DNA from: an uncultured Pelagibacteraceae bacterium
Lineage (GTDB): Bacteria > Pseudomonadota > Alphaproteobacteria > Pelagibacterales > Pelagibacteraceae
Direction: 5' to 3'
Assembly (NCBI GenBank): GCA_902586025.1
Contig: CACIFV010000003.1
Span: 12,294 to 76,293, forward strand
Length of the DNA stretch: 64,000 bases
The notes below the pieces were generated by a model, which saw only the letters and a program-made list of their open reading frames with translations, did not search any database and was not told the origin of the DNA. Both the position numbers and the translations under genes were made by a program. Every line of letters begins with the position of its first letter. Position 1 is the stretch's first letter. Shown here piece after piece: positions 19,240 to 28,036 of the stretch.

Positions 19240-21794
19240 AAAAGAATATTGTTATCACAGGTGGTTTAGGTTACATCGGTATGGAATTGTGTAAAATTTA
19301 TTCTGGAGAGTCGTGGAATTCAAAAATTACAGTAATTGACAAAAATTTTTTTTCAGAACGTGTAAATCAACTTACGAATTGGAATATTAAATTCTTCCAA
19401 GGAGATATCCTTGATAAAAAATTTATTACATATCATATAAAAGATGCAGATATTATTCACCATTTAGCGGGGATAACAGATGTTGCATATGTTAAAAAAG
19501 ATGAAAATAAAGAAAGAGATAATTTAATTAGGAAAACAGCAATAGATGGTACCCAGAATATTTTAGATGCGATGAAAAAAAATTCGAAAATTATTTTCCC
19601 ATCAACTCATGTAGTTTTCGAAGGTCTAAAAAAAACTAAATATAACATTATAGAAAGCGAAAAACCAAAAACCTTTTTAGCATATTCAACAAGCAAAGTT
19701 ATAAATGAAAAACAAATAAAAAATTCTAAAAAAAATTACATCATATTAAGGCTGGGATCAGTTTATGGGTATTCCGGAGACTCAACTAGAATAAACATTA
19801 TGCCAAATCTATTCTCAAAAATTGCATCTCAAAATGGAAAAATAAAACTTTTTTCTGGAGGCAAACAAATAAAGAGTTTAACTCCCCTTATTGATGTTGC
19901 AAGATGTTTTAAATATATGGAAGAGCAAGATTTTAATAAAGAAGTCTATAATTTAACCAAAGAGACTGTTACGGTAAAAGAAGTTGCAGAATTATGTAAA
20001 CAATACAATAATAAATTAGTATTAGAAAGCACAAACGATGAAATACCAAATTTAGGATATACTCTTTCTAATAAAAAAATTCTTCAAACTGGCTTTAAAT
20101 TTCTTTATGGGCTTGAAGAAAATATAAAGGAAATGATCCATAAATGGTCAGAAAAAAAAATCATACCAGAATTAGAAATTGTTAATGATGGTGAAGATAA
20201 GTTTATTGATAGAAGAGGTTCCATAAGCAATCATGAACTGACCGAACCTATAAATTTAATTGGTTTAATTGAATCAAAAAAAGGTACGATGAGAGCTAAT
20301 CATTACCATCCTCAACAAGAACAAAAATGTTTATTTACAAAGGGGCAAATTATCGAAGTATTTCAAGACATTATTAATCCTAATTCACCAAAAGTCACTC
20401 AAGTGGTTAATGAAGGGCAATTATCTATAATTAAACCCAACGTTGCACACACAATGGTTTTTAGCAAAGACACTACTTTTTTAAATTTAGTAAGAGGAGA
20501 AAGAGATCATGAAAATTATGGGATCACTCATACTATTAAGCATCCAATTGTTACTGAGAACGAAAAAAAATTATTACTAGATACCTATAAATATGATTGT
20601 AGATCTTGTGGAAATACAAACTTAAAGAGAGTAATTTCTTTAGGTTTTCAGCCCCTCGCAAATAATTTATTAAGTAATAAGAATGAAGAGCATGAAGTAT
20701 ATCCTTTAGAGCTGAATTATTGTCCTGAGTGTCATAATTGTCAACTTTCTGTAGCAGTTGATCACAAAAAAATGTTTTCTAATTATTTATACACATCCTC
20801 AACATCCAAATCATTTCGAGAACATTTTATAAACGCCTCAAAAAAATATATAAAAGAATTCAAATTAAAAAAAAGTTCTTTAATAATTGACATTGGAAGT
20901 AATGATGGTGTTGGCTTAAAGCCTTTTAAAGATTTGGGATTTAAAAATATTTTAGGTATAGAGCCTGCAACAAATTTAGCAAAATTAGCTAATAAAAATA
21001 ACATAAAAACTTTCAACGGTTTTTTAGAAAAAGCAAATTTAAAAAAAATTAAAAAAAATGCAGATTTAATATTAGCTTCCAATGTTTTTGCTCATTCTGA
21101 CAACTTAAGAGAAATGGCAGAATGTATGATCAAACTACTTAACAAAAATGGAACAATAATTATAGAGATACAATATCTGATAAATACTCTCGAAGATTTG
21201 ACTTTTGATAATATTTATCATGAACATTATAATTATTGGTCTTTAACATCACTAATTAATTTTTTTAAAAAATATCCAATAAAACTTTATAATGCAGAAA
21301 AAATTAACACTCATGGTGGTTCTTTAAGAGTATACTTATCAAAAGATAAAAGTAAAAAGATAAGTAAAGATGTTTTTAAAATATTAAAACATGAAGAAAA
21401 TTTTGGGATAAAAAAACTTGAAACTTACATAAAGTTTGGGGAAAAAATCGAAAAATTAAAAAAGAACACTTTGAAAAATTTTGAAAATTTAAATAAAAAA
21501 TTTCCAAATATCATTGGTTATGGATCACCTGCAAAAGCAACTACTAAATTAAATTATTTTGGTATAAATAATACTAATATTCATAAAATTGTTGAAGATA
21601 ATAAGTTAAAACATAATAAAATTATCCCAGGAATTAACATTGAAATAGTCTCGAACAAACATATTAAAAATAAAAAAATCGATAAGATAATTGTTATGGC
21701 TTGGAACTTTTTTGATGAAATCAAATCAAAATACCCAAAAATAAGTAATAAGTTTATTTCTATAAAAGATCTAGAAAATGAGCCCAAATATTAA
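19236..21794 (+). CDS. Three-domain fusion: SDR epimerase/reductase + cupin + SAM-dependent NDP-sugar C-methyltransferase
   Basis: TGGLGYIG and YSTSK; DRRG..RANHYH..AHTM cupin; CRSCG..CPEC, DIGSNDG, IYHEH, YGSPAKATT, MAWNF. Confidence 0.8.
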   Translation: MKKNIVITGGLGYIGMELCKIYSGESWNSKITVIDKNFFSERVNQLTNWNIKFFQGDILDKKFITYHIKDADIIHHLAGITDVAYVKKDENKERDNLIRKTAIDGTQNILDAMKKNSKIIFPSTHVVFEGLKKTKYNIIESEKPKTFLAYSTSKVINEKQIKNSKKNYIILRLGSVYGYSGDSTRINIMPNLFSKIASQNGKIKLFSGGKQIKSLTPLIDVARCFKYMEEQDFNKEVYNLTKETVTVKEVAELCKQYNNKLVLESTNDEIPNLGYTLSNKKILQTGFKFLYGLEENIKEMIHKWSEKKIIPELEIVNDGEDKFIDRRGSISNHELTEPINLIGLIESKKGTMRANHYHPQQEQKCLFTKGQIIEVFQDIINPNSPKVTQVVNEGQLSIIKPNVAHTMVFSKDTTFLNLVRGERDHENYGITHTIKHPIVTENEKKLLLDTYKYDCRSCGNTNLKRVISLGFQPLANNLLSNKNEEHEVYPLELNYCPECHNCQLSVAVDHKKMFSNYLYTSSTSKSFREHFINASKKYIKEFKLKKSSLIIDIGSNDGVGLKPFKDLGFKNILGIEPATNLAKLANKNNIKTFNGFLEKANLKKIKKNADLILASNVFAHSDNLREMAECMIKLLNKNGTIIIEIQYLINTLEDLTFDNIYHEHYNYWSLTSLINFFKKYPIKLYNAEKINTHGGSLRVYLSKDKSKKISKDVFKILKHEENFGIKKLETYIKFGEKIEKLKKNTLKNFENLNKKFPNIIGYGSPAKATTKLNYFGINNTNIHKIVEDNKLKHNKIIPGINIEIVSNKHIKNKKIDKIIVMAWNFFDEIKSKYPKISNKFISIKDLENEPKY

Positions 21795-22464
21795 AGAAAA
21801 TTACGCTCGTAATGTCTTAAAATTAAATAAAATTTTTCACATTATTATCAATAATAAAAGATCAGAAATATTAGATATTATATCAAAAGAAATTGATTTA
21901 GAATCAAATAAATCACTTTTAGATGTTGGCACAACTTCTTCTTTAGAATTTCATGAAAATCAAATTATAAAACATTTTTATAAAAAAATAAAAATTAGTT
22001 GTTTGTCAAACTTAGATTTAATGAAATTAAAAAAAAATTATGAAGATTTAAATATTTATATGGGTGATGGTAGAGATATGAATTTCGAAGACAATAAATT
22101 TGATATAGTAACAAGTAACGCTACTATAGAACATGTTGGAAGTTTTGAAAATCAAAAAAGTTTTATAAAAGAATGTTTAAGAGTATGCAAAAAAAAAACG
22201 ATAATTACTACACCAAACAGATTCCATCCAATGGAATTTCATACCAGAGTACCTTTTATTCATTTTTTCCCAAAAAAAATACATAGAAAAATACTTAAAT
22301 TTTTTGGTGAAAAATTTTTATCTTTGGAGGAAAATCTAAATTTAATTTCAGAAAAAGATTTAAATAATTTTTGTAAAACTTTAAATATAAAGAATTATAT
22401 TATAAAGAGCATTAGCCTATTAGGTATAAAGTCGAATTTAATTCTTATTATAAGAAAAATATAA
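21778..22464 (+). CDS. Class I SAM-dependent methyltransferase
   Basis: LLDVG, GDGRDMNFEDNKFDIVTSNATIEHV, ITTPNR. Confidence 0.8.
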   Translation: MSPNIKENYARNVLKLNKIFHIIINNKRSEILDIISKEIDLESNKSLLDVGTTSSLEFHENQIIKHFYKKIKISCLSNLDLMKLKKNYEDLNIYMGDGRDMNFEDNKFDIVTSNATIEHVGSFENQKSFIKECLRVCKKKTIITTPNRFHPMEFHTRVPFIHFFPKKIHRKILKFFGEKFLSLEENLNLISEKDLNNFCKTLNIKNYIIKSISLLGIKSNLILIIRKI

Positions 22465-22472
22465 AATGAATT

Positions 22473-24113
22473 TTATTTTTCTATAAACAAATAATTATTT
22501 TTTTCAATCAAATTAAAATTCTCAGGAAGCATGTGTGAACATATATAATTAGAATAATAACAAACTATCATATTTTTCTTGGGTTTAACTAAATTATATT
22601 CTTTGTTCACTATTATGTAATTTTTGTCGCTTAATTCAGTCAAAGGAAAAGAAAAGTAATTAACTTTAAATTGTCTATCTAAATTTTTAAATACAAAAAA
22701 AACAAATGATATAAATATTAAATATTTAAGATTTCTTAACTTAATATATGAGATTTTTTCTATAGACTTTAAATCAAAAATTAAAAATACTAATATTAAT
22801 GATGCTATAATATAAAATGCACCATATCTAAACAAAGGGGATTTTAAAAACCAAACAGTTAATCCTATCAATATAAGGACCAATAATTTAATTAATCTAT
22901 TTCTAATATTATATTTATCAAAATGTGAAATTGATTTGTTTTCATTAAAAAATAAAAAGTATATTTTTACAATTAAAATCAAAATTATTAATGGTGAAAC
23001 TTTTTCAAGTATTTTTATAAAGTGTTTATCAAACCATATATTGACCCAATTAAATGAACTATTAAAATCTTTCATTGATATTTGAAAATTTTTAGGTTTA
23101 TCTATCCATCCCTTCGACCATGCTTCTGCTGATGTCATTGCATATGTTGAGTCAGAAAGACCAAATAAACTCCATGATATATTTTCAAAACATAAAGTGC
23201 TTATAGGATAAATAATACAAGATGTTTCAATGTAATTTTTTAAAAACCATACTAATAATAATATTATCGGAAAAAAAATAATTTTGTTTTTAAAAAATTT
23301 ATCTAGATTTTTAAAATTAATGATTGTTATAAAAATTATAGAAGAAAATACGTAACTAATCTTATGAGTTACAGTTAAAAAAACATAGAATGGGAAATAA
23401 TAAGAAATATTTTCATTTCTGTTTTTTTTAGAACTAAAATTTTTAATAATTATTAATAATAGATAATTAGAAATCAGAAATGGTATTAAATCATTTCCAA
23501 ACTCTCGATATCTTCCAAATTTAATCAATGTGTAACATGAAATAAATACTGCAAAAATAATCAAAACTTTATTTTTTCTCTCACTGATAACTATTTCAAA
23601 GCAATAAACTATAAATGTTCCAAAAAAAATAATGTTAATAAAAGATATTGAGTATTTTGAAAAAAAATCATTTACAAATATCGATTGAGCGTATTGCAAA
23701 AAAGAAATGTGACCGAATCTTGAGTGTAAATTTGTTATCCCAAAAATTATCTTTTCGGTCTTAATATAAGAGACATACGGGTGGTGATACATATTTGAGT
23801 CAATTGCATGCTCAGAGGCACCTAATAATAAATAACCTACAAATAAAAAAAAAATAAAATAATATAAATAAATTTTTTTAAAACTTATTTTTTTAAATAA
23901 TAAAATTAATAATCCAATTGATATTATTATTATACTAAGGGTATTTGACAGTGGAAAAAAAAAATGTAAAACAAGAGCTATTGATCCTATTATTGTATAT
24001 CCACTTAAAAATATAAAAAAAATATCTTTTTTCTTATCTATCAAAACTCCATATCCGTATAATGATGATAAAACAATTAGATAGCTAAAAGTAAAAAAAA
24101 AATACTCAATCAT
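22473..24113 (-). CDS. Polytopic membrane protein, LIC_10190-like (probable GT-C fold)
   Basis: IDSNMYHHPY, RFGHIS, TSCIIYPISTLCF..SW, SPLFRYG; paralog of 14402-16201. Confidence 0.6.
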   Translation of the reverse strand: MIEYFFFTFSYLIVLSSLYGYGVLIDKKKDIFFIFLSGYTIIGSIALVLHFFFPLSNTLSIIIISIGLLILLFKKISFKKIYLYYFIFFLFVGYLLLGASEHAIDSNMYHHPYVSYIKTEKIIFGITNLHSRFGHISFLQYAQSIFVNDFFSKYSISFINIIFFGTFIVYCFEIVISERKNKVLIIFAVFISCYTLIKFGRYREFGNDLIPFLISNYLLLIIIKNFSSKKNRNENISYYFPFYVFLTVTHKISYVFSSIIFITIINFKNLDKFFKNKIIFFPIILLLVWFLKNYIETSCIIYPISTLCFENISWSLFGLSDSTYAMTSAEAWSKGWIDKPKNFQISMKDFNSSFNWVNIWFDKHFIKILEKVSPLIILILIVKIYFLFFNENKSISHFDKYNIRNRLIKLLVLILIGLTVWFLKSPLFRYGAFYIIASLILVFLIFDLKSIEKISYIKLRNLKYLIFISFVFFVFKNLDRQFKVNYFSFPLTELSDKNYIIVNKEYNLVKPKKNMIVCYYSNYICSHMLPENFNLIEKNNYLFIEK

Positions 24114-24195
24114 TTGATAATATATTTACAATATAAAACAATTAAATATAAGATTAAATATTTTAACTTTCTTAATAATATAATTTATTAATTTA

Positions 24196-24900
24196 ATGTT
24201 ACTTTCAATTATAGTTCCTTGTTACAACGAAAAAACTACAATAAAAAAAATAATAAATAAAATTATTAAATTAAAGATAAAAAAAGAAGTAATTGTAGTT
24301 GATGATGGATCAATAGATGGAACAACAAAAATATTAAAAAATGATCTAAAGAATACTGTAAAGAAAATTATATTTCATAAAAAAAATAAAGGAAAAGGAG
24401 CTGCAATAAAGAGTGCATTAAAATTTATTAAAGGTAATATAATTATTATACAAGATGCAGACCTTGAATATGATCCAAGTGATTATTACTCTCTTATAAA
24501 ACCTTTTAGTTGGAAAAATGTAAACGTGGTTTATGGATCTAGAGTATTAGGAAGAAAAAAAAAATTCACCCAGCATAATTTTGCTAAACAATTTAGAATT
24601 TTTGCAAACTATACTTTAACCACTATTTCAAATTTCCTTAATAATCAAAATTTAACGGATGCACATACATGTTACAAAGTTTTTCGAAAACCAGTATTTT
24701 TACGACTTAAAATAAGAGAAAAGAGATTTTCTTTTTGCCCAGAGGTAACAACAAAGCTTTCTCGGTTAAATATAAAAATTCTAGAGGTACCAATTAGATA
24801 TCAGGGGAGAAGTTATAAAGATGGAAAAAAAATCGGACTGAAGGATGCATTTGAAGCTATTTTTACAATATTAAAATATAAATTAAAAAAAAAATTCTGA
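24196..24900 (+). CDS. Polyprenol-phosphate glycosyltransferase (GT2, DPM1/GtrB-like)
   Basis: PCYNE, VDDGSIDGT, NKGKGAA, QDADLEYDP, YGSR, TCYKVF, EVPIRYQGR..GKKIG. Confidence 0.85.
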   Translation: MLLSIIVPCYNEKTTIKKIINKIIKLKIKKEVIVVDDGSIDGTTKILKNDLKNTVKKIIFHKKNKGKGAAIKSALKFIKGNIIIIQDADLEYDPSDYYSLIKPFSWKNVNVVYGSRVLGRKKKFTQHNFAKQFRIFANYTLTTISNFLNNQNLTDAHTCYKVFRKPVFLRLKIREKRFSFCPEVTTKLSRLNIKILEVPIRYQGRSYKDGKKIGLKDAFEAIFTILKYKLKKKF

Positions 24901-24943
24901 AATTTCGTTTGTTCTTTTAATATTTTTTGAATATAAAATTAGC

Positions 24944-25939
24944 ATGTCTAAGTTTTTAGTTTGTGGAGCTGGTGGTTTTATTGGTGGGCATCTTGTTAAA
25001 AGATTAATGGATCAAGGTCATCAAGTAGTTTGTGCAGACATAAAACCCTTAGAATATTGGTTTCAAATATTTGAAAAAAATCAAAATTTTTCTCTTGATC
25101 TTAAGGAATACGATAATTGTTTAAAAGTTACAGAGAGTATCGAGTTTGTTTATAATATGGCATGTAATATGGGCGGCATGGGATTTATAGAAAATAATAA
25201 AGCTGAATGTATGTTATCAGTCTTAATTAATACTAATATGTTGAGAGCTTGCTTAAAAAATAATATCAAAAAATATTTTTTTTCATCAAGTGCTTGTGTG
25301 TACAATGCATCCAAACAAACAAAAACTTTTGTTGAAGGTTTAAAAGAAACTGATGCTTATCCAGCAGATCCAGAGGATGGGTACGGTTGGGAAAAATTAT
25401 TTAGCGAAAGAATGTGTAGACATTTTAGTGAAGATTTTGGTCTTGATACAAGAGTTGTTCGTTATCATAATGTTTATGGTCCTCTAGGCACATATGACGG
25501 AGGTAGAGAAAAAGCACCAGCTGCAATATGTAGAAAAATTATTCAAGCTAAAATTAATAATATAAATAAAATTGATGTTTGGGGAGATGGTAATCAAACT
25601 AGAAGTTTTTTATATATATCCGACTGTTTAGATGGGACTGAAAAAATATTTAATTCAAATAAACAAGATGTTTACAATGTTGGAAGCTCTGAACAGGTTT
25701 CAATTAATCAAATGATTGATATAATACAAGAAATTGCAGAAATAAAAGTTGAACGAAATTATCAACTAGATAAACCTAAAGGAGTTAGAGGTAGGTCAAG
25801 TGATAACACAAAAATTAATGATGAGATGAATTGGCTACCCTCCATTAAATTAAAATCCGGACTTGAAAAAACTTATAAATGGATTTTTGATCAAGTTAAA
25901 AGTGGTTCTAATTTAAAGAAATTTACGCGATCTAATTAG
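24944..25939 (+). CDS. GDP-mannose 3,5-epimerase-like protein
   Basis: NMGGMGFI, SSACVY, YGWEKL, HNVYGPLGTYDGGREKAPAAICRK, GVRGRSSDNT are GME signatures. Confidence 0.8.
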   Translation: MSKFLVCGAGGFIGGHLVKRLMDQGHQVVCADIKPLEYWFQIFEKNQNFSLDLKEYDNCLKVTESIEFVYNMACNMGGMGFIENNKAECMLSVLINTNMLRACLKNNIKKYFFSSSACVYNASKQTKTFVEGLKETDAYPADPEDGYGWEKLFSERMCRHFSEDFGLDTRVVRYHNVYGPLGTYDGGREKAPAAICRKIIQAKINNINKIDVWGDGNQTRSFLYISDCLDGTEKIFNSNKQDVYNVGSSEQVSINQMIDIIQEIAEIKVERNYQLDKPKGVRGRSSDNTKINDEMNWLPSIKLKSGLEKTYKWIFDQVKSGSNLKKFTRSN

Positions 25940-25949
25940 TTTAAAAATC

Positions 25950-25977
25950 TTTACTTAAAAAAAAATAGGTGTATAAA
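25950..25977 (+). promoter_or_regulatory. Putative sigma70 promoter of the stand-alone 5S rRNA gene
   Basis: TTTACT-16nt-TATAAA ending 6 nt before the 5S 5' end; the AT-rich background lowers certainty. Confidence 0.4.
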
Positions 25978-25983
25978 ACATCT

Positions 25984-26099
25984 GCCTGGTGATTATTGCG
26001 AAAGTGTAATACCCGATACCATTCCGAACTCGGAAGTCAAGCCTTTCTGCGCCGATGGTACTTTGTCTTAAGACATGGAAGAGTAGGACATTGCCAGGC
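25984..26099 (+). rRNA. rrf: 5S ribosomal RNA, not linked to 16S/23S
   Basis: Terminal helix GCCTGG/CCAGGC; conserved CCCGAT.CCATTCCGAACTCGGAAGT.AA, GCGCCGATGGTACT and GAGTAGG. Confidence 0.97.
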
Positions 26100-26113
26100 T
26101 AAAATACTCTAAA

Positions 26114-27001
26114 ATGAAAAATCACTTAATTGTTACAGGTGGAGCAGGATTTGTTGGATCAAATTTAATCGAGTACTTTCTTAAAAAAACAAATTTCAAA
26201 ATTATAAGCTTAGATAACTACTCAAGTGGGTCAAAAAAAAATCACTTAAAAAATAACAGAGTAAGCTACTTAAGAGGAGATACAAAAAATATATTTAAGC
26301 TGCTTAAAAATTACAAAAATAAAATAAATTCAATATTTCATTTTGGAGAATTTTCAAGAATTTATCAGAGCTTTAATAAATTTAATGAATGCTTTGAGTC
26401 TAATACAATTGGAAGTAAATCCGTTTTCAAATTTTGTTTGGAAAATAAAATAAGACTAATTTACTCTGCTACTTCAGCTTCTTTAGGTAATAAGGGAAAT
26501 GACAAAAATCTATCACCATATGCATTCACAAAATCAAAAAATTTGGAACTTCTACAAAATCTAAAAAAATGGTTTAATTTAAAATATGATGTAATTTATT
26601 TTTACAATGTTTATGGTCCAAGACAAATAAAAACTGGAGAGATGGCAACAGTGATTGGTATTTTCGAAAATTGTTATAAAAAAAAGAAACCCCTAACTGT
26701 TGTAAGACCAGGTACACAAACAAGAAGATTTACTTATATTCAGGATACAATTGAAGTATGTTATGAAGCATGGAAGAAAAATAAGCAACTTCACTATAGT
26801 ATTTCAAATAAGAGAGAATATTCAATTATTAAAGTAGCAAAGTTATTTAACTCTAAAATAAAATATTTGCCTTCAAGAGATGGCGAAAGGTATGCATCTG
26901 CATTGAAAAATTTAGACAATAGTAATAAAATACATAAAAAATTTGGCAAAACTAATTTAGAAGATTATATAAAAAATTTTTTAAATAAAAAATTTTATTA
27001 A
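26114..27001 (+). CDS. NAD-dependent epimerase/dehydratase (HldD/WcaG-like)
   Basis: TGGAGFVG, SPYAFTK, YNVYGPRQ, QTRRFT. Confidence 0.75.
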   Translation: MKNHLIVTGGAGFVGSNLIEYFLKKTNFKIISLDNYSSGSKKNHLKNNRVSYLRGDTKNIFKLLKNYKNKINSIFHFGEFSRIYQSFNKFNECFESNTIGSKSVFKFCLENKIRLIYSATSASLGNKGNDKNLSPYAFTKSKNLELLQNLKKWFNLKYDVIYFYNVYGPRQIKTGEMATVIGIFENCYKKKKPLTVVRPGTQTRRFTYIQDTIEVCYEAWKKNKQLHYSISNKREYSIIKVAKLFNSKIKYLPSRDGERYASALKNLDNSNKIHKKFGKTNLEDYIKNFLNKKFY

Positions 27002-27709
27002 CTTAACAGATCTTAAAGTCCTATATAAAAAAATTTTCGGATTGTATATTATTCTCATCAACCATCCCATATAAAATTTATCCACATAAATATTGATTGG
27101 CGCTTGTCTTTTGGTCAAAAATGCAATAGCTGCGCCAGTACATATTATAACTGGTTTATAATTTAAATTATCTCTTAAATAAATCCCAAGCACTTCTTGA
27201 ACGCCACCACCAATATTTATTAATATATATTTTGGTCTTATTTTTTTTATTTTATTAAGTAATTTAATATCTTTTATTCGTGATTTGACGTAGACAGGAG
27301 CAACATAATGAAAAACATTAAAAATTTTATTATTTTTAAAATACTCATAATTAATTTTTTCATCAATATCTGACGGATCTACACTTAGTATTATGTCTTT
27401 TTTATTTTTTTGAGATGAAATGAATTTTTTTAAAAACAAATATCCTGACAGCTTTTTGGCTTTTTCGCCTCTAAAAAATCTTAGTAATATACAGAGTAAA
27501 CCGCTGTCCAAGATAGCAAAATCTGATTTTAACAATGCTTTATAATAGTCCTTATTTCTGGTGATATCTATTAGAGCAGAAGCTGCTGGAGCTACTAAAA
27601 CTCCCCCTTTTTTGATTTTTGCCATTAAATTTTTAAATTCAATATTCTGAAATTTAATGCCTTCAAATAAAATAGTTTTCCTAGTCATTAGGTAATAATT
27701 TCTTATCAA
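26981..27709 (-). CDS. WecG/TagA/CpsF family glycosyltransferase (GT26)
   Basis: ILDSG, KLSG, IGGGVQE, CTGAAIAF, GWLMRIIYNP; the true start may be the internal Met. Confidence 0.8.
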   Translation of the reverse strand: MIRNYYLMTRKTILFEGIKFQNIEFKNLMAKIKKGGVLVAPAASALIDITRNKDYYKALLKSDFAILDSGLLCILLRFFRGEKAKKLSGYLFLKKFISSQKNKKDIILSVDPSDIDEKINYEYFKNNKIFNVFHYVAPVYVKSRIKDIKLLNKIKKIRPKYILINIGGGVQEVLGIYLRDNLNYKPVIICTGAAIAFLTKRQAPINIYVDKFYMGWLMRIIYNPKIFLYRTLRSVKLIKFFI

Positions 27710-27754
27710 CTTAAAAACACTTATATTTAACGTCTTAATTTAAATAAACAACAA

Positions 27755-27783
27755 TTGAAAGTTAAATAAAATTAATCTATTAA
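27755..27783 (+). promoter_or_regulatory. Putative sigma70 promoter for rpmJ
   Basis: TTGAAA-17nt-TATTAA ending 13 nt before the rpmJ ATG. Confidence 0.35.
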
Positions 27784-27796
27784 GACATAAAAAAAT

Positions 27797-27922
27797 ATGA
27801 AAATTGCTAGTTCACTTAAATCTTTAAAGAAAAGAGATCTTAACTCTAAATTAGTTAGAAGAAGAGGTAGAGTTTATATTATTAATAAAAAAAATCCAAA
27901 ATTTAAAGCAAGACAAAAGTAA
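27797..27922 (+). CDS. rpmJ: 50S ribosomal protein L36, zinc-free type (not in the ORF track)
   Basis: Manual translation [41 protein letters not shown]. Confidence 0.95.
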   Translation: MKIASSLKSLKKRDLNSKLVRRRGRVYIINKKNPKFKARQK

Positions 27923-27924
27923 TA

Positions 27925-28035
27925 ATGGACAATGAAAGCCATAAAAACACTTGGAATAACTTCACAAAATTTGTTTTGTGGGGATGTGTAGCAGTTGTTG
28001 TGATACTTGTTTTGATGGCAATTTTTCTTTTGTAA
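27925..28035 (+). CDS. 36-aa single-TM protein resembling aa3-type cytochrome c oxidase subunit IV (CtaH; not in the ORF track)
   Basis: MDNESHKNTWNNFTKFVLWGCVAVVVILVLMAIFLL fits the MD..H..T(W/Y)..F + TM pattern; fills the rpmJ-pntA gap (2 nt and 1 nt spacers). Confidence 0.75.
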   Translation: MDNESHKNTWNNFTKFVLWGCVAVVVILVLMAIFLL

Positions 28036-28036
28036 A

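Larger units (their letters stand above)
1..25939. other. Hypervariable cell-surface glycan island (HVR2-type), right end bounded by the 5S rRNA gene
   Basis: Contiguous glycan-related genes, visibly more AT-rich than core genes, ending at an isolated rrf. Confidence 0.85.
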
